DNA of 55,750 bases, filler included, from Callorhinchus milii (lineage: Eukaryota): the NCBI RefSeq assembly GCF_018977255.1. It is 2 parts of 2 records of this genome, joined end to end, with 100 filler letters (N's around TTAATTAATTAA, not from the genome) between each part and the next. Parts side by side here need not be neighbours in the genome. Positions count along the whole stretch, not along the records: positions 27,947 to 55,750 come from NW_024705686.1; 1 more part is not named here. One strand, given 5' to 3'. Position numbers and translations under genes: made by a program. Each line of letters starts with the position of its first letter. Position 1 is the stretch's first letter. The notes beneath the pieces are model-generated. The model saw nothing but the letters and a program-made list of their open reading frames with translations. It was not told where the DNA came from and searched no databases. Below, one piece after another: positions 34,804 to 47,199 of this stretch.

Positions 34804-37269
34804 TGTGTGCGCGTGCGTATCCGTGCCCGTCGAGAGAGCGCGCAGTAATGCACGTCACGTCCCGTGCGTCCGTTTTAACCCTTCCGCTGGCCACGCAGAG
34901 CCGGCATGGCGTGATGAATGTCCACGTTTGGCTAAACGTAGATGGAACCGCGTCCTGTCCTCGTTTCATCACAGAACAATCGAGGAGACGGCGGAGGCGG
35001 CGGCGCGCTCTCTCCGAATCCCCGCGTGTGCCGGAGTAGAGAGGCCGTGTTGTTTACTGCCGCTTGTTGAGGCGCGAGGCCCTCGGCTCTGGGTTTCCCC
35101 GGCAACAGAACAGCGCTGATGTGTAAACCAGTCAAACAACACGAGGACGTTTATAAAAAAAACACTTTATACATTTCTCGTGTTTGAATGTGCTTCTTTT
35201 TGACAGACGTTATCGTGATTGCCCGGCGAGGGTTCGGAACCAGTTACAAATTATATACCATGGGTGATAAGTGGACATCGTGATGTCAAACGATCCATAA
35301 TCAGGCCCGACCTCTCCCGCGACCCCGTGGGACGCGGGAGGCTCCTGAACTTGCGCCGGGAGCAGTGGGCGGCGCTAACGATGGTAATTTTCCAAAATTG
35401 GCCTCGTGGCGTGAACTCTTAAACAACATAAGCTCTGCCGCCTTTGGCTGCTGCTGGTGCCGGTGATGCCCATTGTGTCGAGGGTGGTAGGCAGGTGGGT
35501 TTTGGGTAAGTCTGGCCAGGGTGCCCTTCCGGGTCATATGCCCCCTGGAGGGGCATGATGCCATGCCTCTGGGCGCAAATAGAATTCCCCTCCTGCGGTA
35601 GAGATGGAAAGAGCGATGAGCGCACAACTGCGGTGAACGTGGGAGGGTGGATTAAGACGGGGGGGGGGGGGGGTCACATTTTGCTCGGTGAAGCCAAGTC
35701 CGTGGTGACAAAAAAAGGTGGTCGAGGCTGAATCCCATTTTAAACGCGGAGCGACAAGGGTGCACAACTTCGAACGGTGGCCGTGAGTGGAGTGGGGGGG
35801 AGGCATCCACACTTTGCAAGGGCAGAGAGTTGCGGGCGCCACCCGAGGGCACCGAGAGAGAGGCCACAGCTGCGAGTGCTCGGACGTCCTCTCAGTTTGG
35901 GCAGCGTTCAAATGCCCATTTAGTCATGCCATGACCCAGAGCCCTGACCTTGACCCTGATCGGCCACCAGGTTCCGCGTCGGATGGGATCGGCGAGTGGG
36001 AAGAGTGAGCGCGCGGGGCAGAAAATGCGGATTTATTCCTGATATTTATTAGACGCAATGGGTTAAAGCGTACAATGTTAAACGTTGATTATGTAACGCA
36101 TTAGCATAGCTGTTTGTATTTTTTTTATTCGTTTTCTTCCACAAGCGGGCTACGGTGTCTACGGGGTTCTCCGTGTCGAAACAAAGGGGTGAGGAGTTTA
36201 GGACCCCCCACCTTTTCCCCCTACAACCCCTGGGCTGGATTTTCTCCCGGTGTGGGGAAAGTTTCAAAGCTCGTCCTTCCAGGGAATGCTAATCACTGCA
36301 CAGGCACGGACGGTCAGCGCACCGAACCCCCATGTGCATGCGGGACTCCCGGAGATCATTCCTTTGCAGCAGTGGGGGTCACCGGAGGTCACCTTGTCTT
36401 GGCACAAATCAAACTGGTGTGGGGAGGGCCCCCTCCAACCCCAGTGTACTTGGGGTGGGATGACCCCACCCACCTTTCATTCCTTGGTTAAGTCTGAGCC
36501 GGTGTCACGGACCGTGCATAACAAGATCTTCTCTGTTCCCTTTCCCCCACACCCTCCTCAGGGTGATAGGGGAAGGGGATTGTACGCCCTCTAGCTTCTA
36601 AGAGTGGGGGGGGCTCCTCGGGGGGGGGGGTTAGAGGGGTCCTAGACTCCACTTAACGCTCGTGGGGCCGGAAAGCCCAGCAGCTCCTCGCGCCGCCTGC
36701 GTAGCTGTCTCATCACCATCACCACCATCATCGCCATCATCATCATCATGATTATTATTGGGCCGTGAGGTTGTGAACTTTGTACTAGTTGTGTTAGTTT
36801 TAACAATTAAGGTTATTAGTCATGTGTTTTACGCATTTTGTGGACTTTATAGCTGTAGGGAAGTTCCCTAAATCACTGTGACTTGTATATTACCTTTAAA
36901 GGAAATTAAAAAAAAAATTATTAAAAAAGCCCCCCGCATTGTTGCTGGTTTTTATAAGTGAGGCTTGCGCTGTGGCGTCGCCCGTCCTTGGCTGTACCGC
37001 CCAATCCCGGCTGGGTCACCTGTCCAGGGCGCCGTCGACCTTAGGTGAACCGCGCAATGTGGAGTGCGTTGCCTGTCCAGGGTGTCGCCCGCTCCGGCGC
37101 CGCCCACACGCACCCACACCACACACCACCACGGACGATCCCAGCATATAATACGACGGTTCCAGAGAAACTCGTGCCACAGCTCCAACCCACCCCGCGA
37201 CCGACTCCGCAGCCCACTCCATGCTGCCTGGTGGGGATGACGAGCCCGGGAGGAGGACGGAGTGCATCT

Positions 37270-37505
37270 CTACTCTTTGGTTCTTTCGGTAAAGTCACGT
37301 AGTTAGAAATAAAGTAAAACAAATCACGACGTTTCGATTGCAACACAAGCAATCGTCATCGGGTGGGAAAACCACAGCAAGAATAAATTGCTGAAGTGGG
37401 AGAGCTTGTGTTGCAATCGAAACGTGATTTATTTTCTTTCTAACTACATGACTTTACCGAAAGAACCAAAGAGTATGGATTCCTGCAGTCACGAAAGCTT
37501 CAAAT
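37270..37505. mobile_element. Inverted pair of the hammerhead-bearing repeat
   Basis: 37270-37350 is an imperfect reverse complement of 37404-37475. The minus-strand hammerhead at 37325-37365 has core CCGAUGA (U4C). Confidence 0.8.
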
Positions 37506-37654
37506 CAAGATTGGAGTGCATCTCCTCAAGCGGCAAGTCCAGTGAGCGGACACCAATGCAGGAGGACCGTGTGTGGGGCCCTGGTGGGATCCCTTTATGA
37601 ACGAGAGCAACGTCCCCTGTGTCAGGTCACACGGTGCCGTGGACAGCGATGGTG

Positions 37655-37905
37655 TCGCGGCGAGGCGCACTGCACTGCTTGACCAGGCGATCCGGATTTT
37701 AATTCCCACTCGCGACCGATAACGGTGGCATGTATTTGAACCGGGCCCACAACTCCTGTAGGTCAATGCAGCCTTAAATGAAAACCCGCCGCAGGGTGTA
37801 AACATGAGCCCTGGGGAGACAAAGGCGACCAGGCCGACTGTTAGCCACCCACCCCCTTGTATGTCAAGCACTTCCCCCAGCAGTCTGCTAAAAGGCTATT
37901 CGGGG
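37655..37905 (+). mobile_element. Degenerate tRNA-derived SINE (same family as 32377)
   Basis: CAGCCTTAAATGA...GGGAGACAAAGGCG...GCACTTCCCCCAGCAGTCTG...GGCTATTCGGGG body. Confidence 0.7.
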
Positions 37906-38029
37906 GTCTTAGGTCCCGGAGTGAGTGAGCGAGACCATATGAGTGAGGTCCCTGTGTGCGTGAGATGCCTTTGAGTGCCGAGTGTGAGGTCCACCCTTGC
38001 ACTGATCCCAATTGGAATGTCCCTTGGTC

Positions 38030-38300
38030 CCCGTTTCCCTTGGTCCCCATCCCCCATATTCCTCATCCCACTTGGTACCCGTCGCCATAGGTTCCCATCC
38101 CCCATGTTCCTCATCCACTTGGTACCCGTCGCCATAGGTCCCCATCCCCCATGTTCCTCATTCCACTTGGTACCCATCGCCATAGGTCCCCATCCCCCAT
38201 GTTCTCATTCCACTTGGTACCCGTCGCCATAGGTTCCCATCCCCCTTGGTCTGTATCCCCTTTGGTCCCCACCCCCCTTGGTCCCCGTCCCCATAGAATT
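38030..38300. repeat. ~48-bp tandem repeat (CCCATCCCCCATGTTCCTCATCCACTTGGTACCCGTCGCCATAGGT), about 4 full copies
   Basis: Visible tandem units. Confidence 0.92.
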
Positions 38301-40716
38301 CTGACGCCCATGTTCCCAGAGTTCACGCGGCGCATTCACAAGAGACGCCAATTAATAATTATGGAACTCTTTTTATTAAACACAAATTATCCAACAGTCT
38401 CGAAATGCCATGAATATGTACCATAAATATATAAGATGTCGGATTCCAAATCATTTAGCTATGCTTGCTGATAACATGGATACATGAACAGAAGATGTAA
38501 ATGGATACACGATCTCGGAAAGTACTGCTACGCTTCAACTAATCATTTAAAAGCGCCCCTTGTTCCTTTTAAATTAACAGCTAACATCAGGTCCGGCGTA
38601 ACGAGAATCAGCTGAGTGACCGTCTGTGTCAAGGTGCGTGACGAGGATGCGCAACTCCAAAAGCTTTGCAATGCGAGTGTCAAAAGTTATGAGTGCCGTT
38701 TATACACCGGTGGTGTCTCATTACACGCTTATAGCTTATTTTGCACTCTCGTGTCCACGCCGTGTCCACGCAGCCCCCGGGGGACACGCGGGGCACGCCG
38801 GTTTACCCCCTCTGCGCCCTCGGGAGCAACGCGACGTTGAGACCTCCCGCGACGCGACACGGGGAAGGCAGCTGGACGCGGGAGCGAGCGCGGGGGAGGA
38901 GGGGACGCGGCTCTACTTAGCACCGCACCGGGAGCGAGAGATAGGAGAGTGGGGGGAGGAGAGTGGGGGGAGGAGAGTGGGGGAGGGAGTGCGCGCTCTA
39001 CACGCCGTGTGATCGCACCCGAGGCTCGCGGTCACTGAAACCGCACGCGCGGTCACCCGCATCGACCACGCGCGGTCAGCCCCGAACGTGCAGGCGCGCG
39101 CGGTCACCCGCGGCACGACACGCAACGCATGCGCGCTCACCTGCGCCCTGCAGGTGGTGGGGCCACCTGAACTACGCGCGTGCGGCCGCCACTTGACACG
39201 GTACGTCGGTGGAGGGGTGGAGAAGGGGTGGGGGGCACGTGAACGCCTTTGGTAGCCGGTGAGGGATTCGCGCAGTGCTGCAGCTGTGTGGGAGGTGCTG
39301 CCGGCATTATTGCTATTTTGCAAGTCGGGGATACAAAAGGGGCCTCGAAACCAACATCGACCACAGCTGCCCCGACCTCAACTCCTCACACGCGCGTAAG
39401 TGTCCGTGTGTGTCTCTGTGTGTACATCACGTCTCTGTGAACAGCGTGCGTCTGTGGTTCTCTGTATGTCTGCGTGTCTTTGTGCAAGTATCTTTCTGAA
39501 CGCGCAACTCTGATATAGCCTAAGGTTATCAGGAGTGTGTGTACAGCACGTGTGTCTCTGCGGTCGTGTGCGTCTTTGTGTGGCGTGTCCGCGTGTGTCT
39601 GCACACAGCATCTATGTGGTTGTGTGCGGCTGTTTGATGGCCTCACTGCGTGTGTGTGCCCGTGTATATCTGGGTGGGTACGAGTGCTCGTGTATCTGTG
39701 TATCTGTGTGTGTGTATCTTTGTGCGTGCAGCTGTAGTGCGTGTGTAGCTGCGCCTGTGTATTTGTATGTCTGCGTCTGTGTTGGTGGTTCTGTATCCGT
39801 AGGTTGCCGCGTGTCCGTGTTCTCGCCGTGTGCGCCCGTGCCAATGCGTCGTGTTGTCTTGCTCATCCCTAGTCCTCGATGTGTCTATGTGCCTGTGTCT
39901 CCATGGGACACGTGCGCCTTTCTCTATGCGTCGATCTCCGTGCATCCCCGAGCGTGTCCCCCCCGAGTACCGCGCGCGGGTCGAGGGTTCAGGCTTCGCC
40001 CGCGAGGCGGGGGGGGCGGCGCGTGGAGCCGCGGGCGCTCGTGGGGAGGAGGGGGGTCGCCCCCCTCGCTAATGACTTAATGAGTAATTACAGCTCGAGG
40101 AGGAGTCACGCGCCCTGGCAATTACCCCGCGACGAGGGGGGTTACGGCAGCCTCCCCTCCACCAGCACCGGACGGGACTCGAGGAGGCTTCTTGGTGATG
40201 ACCCTGCGTGGTTCCAGGGTCAAATGTTAAGGTGAAGGAACTTTACCGTGGCCCCGTCAATCCTCGGGTCAGCGGAATAAGGGGCTAAGCCACTGCCTCC
40301 CCACGCGCGTCTTAAAGCCAAGCGCGGATACGATACAGGATATAATAATATAAGAATAATGATAAGACGTTACATCGTATACAAGTGTTGGTGACAATCA
40401 TGTCAAACACTGCAGGATATAAGTAACCGCTAGCGTCGTGTATAAATGTTGGACCAAGGGTTCACGGGCGGGCCGCAGTGGAGTCACTACACGGCCCCCG
40501 AGCAGCGTCGCTGAGCTGATATCATCACCGCCATCACCACCACCACCATCAACACCATCACCACCATCAGGGTCCGTGTGGCTGCGTCGTGGCGTGTGTA
40601 GCCGTGTAAACTTTATGCAGCGCACGGTGAAGTGGTGTGAGACGGCAGAGGGACGGGGGGGGGGAGATGCGGGGAGGGGTGAGGGTGACAGGGAGAGTGG
40701 TGGGGGGTGTTAGGGT

Positions 40717-41877
40717 CTAGATGGAAGGGAGACCCCTCTGACCCGCCGCACATCGCGCCTCCTGCGCGCCGACGAGGTGCGGGTGATGGTGCTGCTGCTG
40801 CTGGTGGTGCACGGGCGGCGTGGCCCCGTGCACCTCCCCGGCGCGTTCGTGCGCGCGCCGGTGGTCCTGCAGATACCACTTGGTGGTGTAGCGCTTCCCG
40901 CAGACGTCGCACGCGAACAGCAGCACGCCCACGTGCTTGAGCACGTGGATGGTGAGCGCCGAGGAGGTCTTGCAGCGCAGGCCGCAGCACGTGCACGTGA
41001 GGCTGCTCTTGTCCACGTGGTGCCGCTTGGCGTGCTCGCGCACGCATGCAAACTCGGCCAGCAGCTCCTTGCCGCAGATCTGGCATGCGGCGCGCGCCCC
41101 CGACGAGGATGAGGAGGGCGTCGAGGTCGAGGAGGAGGTCGCGCCGCCGCCACCGCCGCCGCCGCCTTCGCGTGGGGGCGGCCCCGCGGGGGTGGCGGTG
41201 CCGACGCCGGCACGGGCGGCCCCGCGGGCAAGGGCGCGGGCACGGCCCCCGGGGCCGACGCGACGGAGGCTGCTCCGTTCTCCGCCGCGGCGAGAGGTCA
41301 GCGCAAACAGCCGCTCTGGACAGCCGGGTGGGCTGCTGCTGCTGTTTGTTGTTGCTGTTGTTGCTGTTGTTGCTGTTGTTGCTGCTGAAGCTGCTGCTGC
41401 TGCTGTTGAAGCTGCTGCTGTTGAAGCTGATGTTGCTGCTGTTGCTGCAGTTGCTGCAGTTGCTGCACAGGTTGGTGGTGATGATGGTGCAGGTGATGGT
41501 GCAGCGGGGCCGGGTGTCCACCCGCTGCGGCCGCCGCGGCTGCGGCCGCCGCCGCGGCGGCCGCGACCTGCACCTGCACCCCGGCCTGCGGGAGCTGGTG
41601 GTGGTGGTGGCAGAGCGCGTGGCCCGGGGCCGCGGCCGCGGCCGCCCTCGCCGCCAGGTGCCCGAAGTAGTCCCCGTACTCGTACTGCGCGTCCAGCCAA
41701 CTCGACAGCAGATTGTTCTCCTCCTGGCTCCTTTCCAGCTGCTGCTGCTGCTGCTTTATGCTGTGGCCACCGCCGTTGCTGCTGCTTCCGACACCTCCGC
41801 CGATGCTGATGCCGATGCTGCTTGCGCTGACGGCCGCGTGGTGCAGCAACTGCTGTTGGTGCAGCTGCTGCTGCTGT

Positions 41878-41913
<36 letters not shown>

Positions 41914-42691
41914 TGCGCACGCCTGTGCTCGTCCAGATGCCACTTGGTGGGGTAGCGCTTCCCGCACGTGTCGCACGCGAACAGGTAGATGCCCATGTGG
42001 CGCAGCACGTGCACGGTGAGGGACGAGGAGCTCTTGCACTGCGCGCTGCAGCTCATGCACATGAGCGACTGCTTGTCCATGTGGCGCTTGGCGTGGTTGC
42101 GCAGCGCCACGAAGTCTGCGGGCAGCGCCTCGCCGCACAGCTGGCACAGGCCGTGAGGGCCGCTCATGCCCGCGGCGGTGGCGGCCGCGACTCCCCCGTT
42201 GGTCGCCTGCGAGGAGGAGGCGGCGGAGGAGGAGGAGGCGGAGGAGGGATCTGGCCGCCTCGCCTGCACGACTCCCCCAGGCGTCGAGCCATTACTAATC
42301 TGGGGTCGCCTGGCCCCGCCGCTCGCGTTTTCACGCACCATTTCCAGGATTGTGTACGTCTTCTCGCTGCCGCCCTCCCCCTCGCTCACCACCGTGGCGG
42401 GGAAGCTGTCCGCCTGGCTATTGATTTTCCAGGGCTGTCTCGGGTGGTCCCACAGGGGCTGCCCCACGGGAGGCCGGCCACGTGCCGCGCGTTCACGTCC
42501 CAGGGCCCCCGCTGGCTGGGCTCCCACACGGCGTGGGTCCCCGCGGCCGCCAGCCCCGGGTGGTGGTGGTGATGGTGGTGGTGGTGGCCGCTCAGGTGGT
42601 CCCACGGAGCGGCCCGTTGTTCCCACAGCTGGCTGCCCCACGGGAGCATGTCGGGCAGGAAGGGGGTGAGCTCCGAGTAGTGTGTTTCCAT
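40717..42691 (-). CDS. C2H2 zinc-finger protein with two duplicated 3-finger clusters (ZBTB39-like fingers) and polyQ/H/A tracts; frameshifts at ~42460 and ~41340
   Basis: ATG 42691 (METHYSELTPFLP...) downstream of a polypyrimidine-CAG acceptor at 42741. Cluster 1 (41913-42146) CQLCGEALPADFVALRNHAKRH...HVLRHMGIYLFACDTCGKRYPTKWHLDEHRRAH. Cluster 2 (40849-41085) CQICGKELLAEFACVREHAKRH...HVLKHVGVLLFACDVCGKRYTTKWYLQDHRRAH. Confidence 0.85.
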
Positions 42692-42749
42692 ATCACTCAC
42701 CCGGGCCCCTGCCAAATTCAAGACACCCCGCCGCCGCCGCCTGCAGGGA

Positions 42750-44270
42750 GGGAGGAGAGCGCGGGGGGAGAGGGGAGAGCGGGGGCGGCGCGAGCCGGTG
42801 AGGGTATTGAGAGAGGAGAGAGTTGAGAGCGGGGAGAGAGAGATGCGGGGGGGGGGGGCCGTTACCGATCCGTCTATTGATCAGGCCCCGCGGCCCCGAT
42901 CTCCGCGCCACAGGTGTGGCCCCGCGCGGGGCCCCCGGCTTAGTAGGGGCGGTGGGCGCCGGTCCCCGCGGCGGCGGCGGCGGCGCGGAGCGCGCGGCGA
43001 CAGAGACGACAACGACAACAACAACAACAAAGCGGGGGCGAGGAGGAGGAGGAGGCGGCGGCGGCGGCCCGGGGCGCGCACCCCATGTCTGCTGCTAATG
43101 GCGAGAGGCCTGGGCCTACTGCCTCCCTCCCGCCCGCCCGGGATGCGCCCCCCACCACCACCTCCCTCCCCCCCGGTCCCAGGGAAGAGGAGGAGGAGGC
43201 GCGGGGGAACTCGACGGGACGATGAGCCCCGTGCGCGCGCGGGCAGCAGCGGCGACGGCGAGAGGAGGAAGCGGAGAGAGAAAAAATCGCGGCGTCCCGG
43301 GTCGCCCGAGGGGGGCTCGGGGCAGGTGGAGGCGCCTCCCCCCCCCCCCCGGGCTAATTTACACCGCCGCGTGAGCCGCGTCAACCGCGCCGCTCGCCGT
43401 GTCAATAGGGGGGTTCGCAGCCAATTAATCATGGCCCCCCACAGCCCCCGCGCGCCCCCCCCCCCACCACCACCACCATCTCTCTCCTCTCCCTCCCCAT
43501 CATCCTCCTCTCTCCTGCTGCTGCTGCTCCCTTCTCTCTCCCCCCCCCCACCTCTCTTCTCTTTTTTTTTACAAATTTTATTTTTTTATTTCTTGGCCAC
43601 GAAACCCGAAGTCGAGCTCCGAGCTCCCGCACCGGACGCGCCGCCGCCGCCGCCCCGGGGAGGCGCGGGAGGAGACGCGGCGAGGAGGAGGAGGAGGGTC
43701 GCGGGGTGTCCCGGGGTCCCCGCGCCGCCGCCGAGCCGCGCCGCGGAGATGGAGCCAAACCTCAGGATCTGAGTGCCCGCACCGCAGACATGATCCGCCT
43801 CGGGACGAGCTTAATGTGGAGCGCGCATGCGCGCCGCCTGTCAGCCCTAATGAGCGGAGGGGACATCGCTTTGTTTACACACTCGTTTAGCGCTGATGGA
43901 TGCCGCCCCGCGCCGCCAGCCCGTGCCGCACACTCAGCGCCATTTCACGACGAGGGGCCCCCCGCCGGGCCCTGCCGCGCTCCCCTGTCCCGCGGATTGC
44001 TCGGGGGCCCCACCCCCATCGCCGCGCCCCCCCCACCCCCATCGCCCGTCCCCGCCCGTACCCCCTCCGGTGCGCCGCGAACCCTCCCCGGAGCTCCCTC
44101 CCCTCCCTCCCCTCTCTCTTCCTCCCTCCCATCCACTCACTCAAGCGCACCACCCACACCGCCTCCCCCCCCTCCTCCCTCTGTCTCCTCTCCCTCCCCC
44201 ACTCCTCCCATCCACTCACTCACGCCCCCCCTCTCCCCTGCCGCTCCCTCCCCGTGCGTCGTGTGCGTTA
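42750..44270. promoter_or_regulatory. CpG island / putative 5' regulatory region of the zinc-finger gene
   Basis: Very high GC and CpG, with GCGCATGCGC (NRF1-like, ~43823), TGTCAG, TGTTTAC (FOX, ~43872) and CCAATTAATC (~43421). Confidence 0.5.
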
Positions 44271-44289
44271 CGTGAGCGCGTCCGTGTGT

Positions 44290-46300
44290 TGTGGATGTGT
44301 GTAGCCCGTGCTGTCTGTGTGTGTGTAGCCCGTGCTGTCTGTGTGTGTGTAGCCCGTGTTGTGTGTGTGTGTAGCCCGTGCTGTCTGTGTGTGTGTAGCC
44401 CGTGCTGTCTGTGTGTGTGTAGCCCGTGCTGTCTGTGTGTGTGTAGCCCGTGTTGTGTGTGTGTGTAGCCCGTGCTGTCTGTGTGTGTGTAGCCCGTGCT
44501 GTCTGTGTGTGTGTAGCCCGTGCTGTCTGTGTGTGTGTAGCCCGTGTTGTGTGTGTGTGTAGCCCGTGCTGTCTGTGTGTGTGTAGCCCGTGCTGTCTGT
44601 GTGTGTGTAGCCCGTGCTGTCTGTGTGTGTGTAGCCCGTGTTGTGTGTGTGTAGCCCGTGCTGTCTGTGTGTGTAGCCGTGTTGTGTGTGTGTAGCCCGT
44701 GCTGTGTGTGTGTAGCCCGTGTTGTGTGTGTGTAGCCCGTGTTGTGTGTGTGTAGCCCGTGCTGTGTGTGTGTAGCCCGTGTTGTGTGTGTAGCCCGTGC
44801 TGTGTGTGTGTAGCCCGTGTTGTGTGTGTGTAGCCCGTGCTGTCTGTGTGTGTAGCCCGTGTTGTGTGTGTGTAGCCCGTGTTGTGTGTGTGTAGCCCGT
44901 GTTGTGTGTGTGTAGCCCGTGCTGTGTGTGTGTAGCCCGTGTTGTGTGTGTGTAGCCCGTGCTGTGTGTGTGTAGCCCGTGTTGTGTGTGTGTAGCCCGT
45001 GCTGTGTGTGTAGCCCGTGCTGTGTGTGTGTAGCCCGTGTTGTGTGTGTGTAGCCCGTGCTGTGTGTGTGTGTGTAGCCCGTGCTGTCTGTGTGTGTAGC
45101 CCGTGCTGTGTGTGTGTGTGTAGCCCGTGTTGTGTGTGTGTAGCCCGTGCTGTCTGTGTGTGTGTAGCCCGTGTTGTGTGTGTGTAGCCCGTGTTGTGTG
45201 TGTGTAGCCCGTGCTGTGTGTGTGTGTAGCCCGTGCTGTGTGTGTGTAGCCCGTGTTGTGTGTGTGTAGCCGTGCTGTGTGTGTGTAGCCCGTGTTGTGT
45301 GTGTGTAGCCCGTGCTGTGTGTGTGTGTAGCCCGTGCTGTGTGTGTAGCCCGTGTTGTGTGTGTGTAGCCCGTGCTGTGTGTGTGTGTGTAGCCCGTGTT
45401 GTGTGTGTAGTCCGTGCTGTGTGTGTGTAGCCCGTGCTGTCTGTGTGTGTGTAGCCCGTGCTGTGTGTGTGTGTAGCCCGTGTTGTGTGTGTGTAGTCCG
45501 TGCTGTCTGTGTGTGTGTAGCCCGTGCTGTCTGTATGTGTGTAGCCCGTGCTGTGTGTGTGTAGCCCGTGCTGTGTGTGTGTAGCCCGTGCTGTCTGTGT
45601 GTGTGTAGCCCGTGCTGTCTGTATGTGTGTAGCCCGTGTTGTGTGTGTGTGTAGCCCGTGCTGTGTGTGTGTAGCCCGTGCTGTCTGTGTGTGTGTAGCC
45701 CGTGCTGTCTGTGTGTGTAGCCCGTGCTGTCTGTGTGTGTAGCCCGTGCTGTGTGTGTGTAGCCCGTGCTGTCTGTGTGTGTGTAGCCCGTGCTGTCTGT
45801 GTGTGTGTAGCCCGTGCTGTCTGTGTGTGTGTAGCCCGTGCTGTCTGTGTGTGTGTAGCCCGTGCTGTCTGTGTGTGTGTAGCCCGTGCTGTGTGTGTGT
45901 GTAGCCCGTGCTGTCTGTGTGTGTGTAGCCCGTGCTGTGTGTGTGTGTGTGTAGTCCGTGCTGTGTGTGTGTAGCCCGTGCTGTCTGTGTGTGTGTAGCC
46001 CGTGCTGTGTGTGTGTGTAGCCCGTGTTGTGTGTGTGTAGTCCGTGCTGTGTGTGTGTAGCCGTGCTGTCTGTGTGTGTAGCCGTGCTGTCTGTGTGTGT
46101 AGCCCGTGCTGTCTGTGTGTGTGTAGCCCGTGCTGTCTGTGTGTGTAGCCCGTGCTGTCTGTGTGTGTAGCCCGTGCTGTCTGTGTGTGTAGCCCGTGCT
46201 GTCTGTGTGTGTAGCCCGTGCTGTCTGTGTGTGTGTAGCCGTGCTGTCTGTGTGTGTGTAGCCCGTGCTGTCTGTGTGTGTGTAGCCCGTGCTGTCTGTG
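44290..46300. repeat. GTAGCCCGTG(C/T)TGT(CT)(GT)n minisatellite, ~2 kb
   Basis: Tandem 18-26-bp units. Confidence 0.97.
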
Positions 46301-46379
46301 TGTCTCTGTGTGTGTGGTTTGAGGTTGTGGCGTGGCCTGTGCGTGTTATCTGCGTGTGTGTGCGTGTCGTGTGTTGTCC

Positions 46380-46880
46380 GTGTGTGCACTACGTGTGTGT
46401 GCACTACGTGCGTGTACTGTGTGTGTGTGCACTACGTGTGTGTGTACTGTGTGTGTGTGCACTACGTGTGGTGTGTACTGTGTGTGTGCACTACGTGTGT
46501 GTGCACTACTTGTGTGTGTGTGTATACTGTGTGTGTGTACTGTGTGTGTGTGCACTACGTGTGTGTGTACTGTGTGTGTGCACTACGTTTGTGTGTGTGT
46601 GCACTACGTGTGTGTGTACTGTGTGTGTACTGTGTGTGTGCACTACGTGTGTGTGTGCACTACGTGTGTGTGCACTACGTGTGTGTGTGTGTGCACTACG
46701 TTTGTGTGTACTGTGTGTGTGCACTACGTTTGTGTGCACTACGTGTGTGTGCACTACGTGTGTGTGTGTACTGTGTGTGTGTGTGCACTACGTGTGTGTG
46801 TGTACTGTGTGTGTGTGTGCACTACGTGTGTGTGTGTACTGTGTGTGTGTGCACTACGTGTGTGTGTGCACTACGTGTAT
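46380..46880. repeat. GTGCACTAC(GT)n / GTACT(GT)n minisatellite
   Basis: Visible tandem units. Confidence 0.95.
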
Positions 46881-47199
46881 TCGAGCTCACGGCATTGTGC
46901 GTTCTGGTGTGTCGAGCAGGACAACAAGGCGTGTTGTCTGTACAGTAGTTGATGCGACTGCGTTCTGCCTGTGCGTTGTCTGTACGCGCCCTGGGGTGCG
47001 TTTGTGGTGTTGTTCCGTGTGCGTGGCGTGTGTCTCGCTTTGTGTGTGAGTGTGAACGCGTCGTGTTCTGGTGAATGTGCCTGCAGTGTGAGTGTGTGTG
47101 AGTGTTGTTGTTGTATGCGTGTCGTGTTCTGGTGAATGTGCCTGCAGTGTGAGTGTTGTTGTTGTATGCGTGTCGTGTTGTGTTGGATGTACACGCGCG

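Noticed and set aside
37446..37502. Second hammerhead-like GAAA after a (G/A)TGACT/AGTCAC stem in the repeat body
   Set aside because: No CUGANGA upstream of the stem in any copy in the window.
41285..41310. VCADLS in one frame of the zinc-finger gene as a CtBP-binding PxDLS motif
   Set aside because: Lacks the Pro and the reading frame there is uncertain.
40777..42669. Long plus-strand ORFs (290 aa, 508 aa) opposite the zinc-finger gene
   Set aside because: Antisense shadows of a GC-rich, CAG-repeat coding sequence.
44137..47049. 755-aa His/Thr-rich and Cys/Val-rich ORFs
   Set aside because: Translations of (GT)n-based minisatellites.
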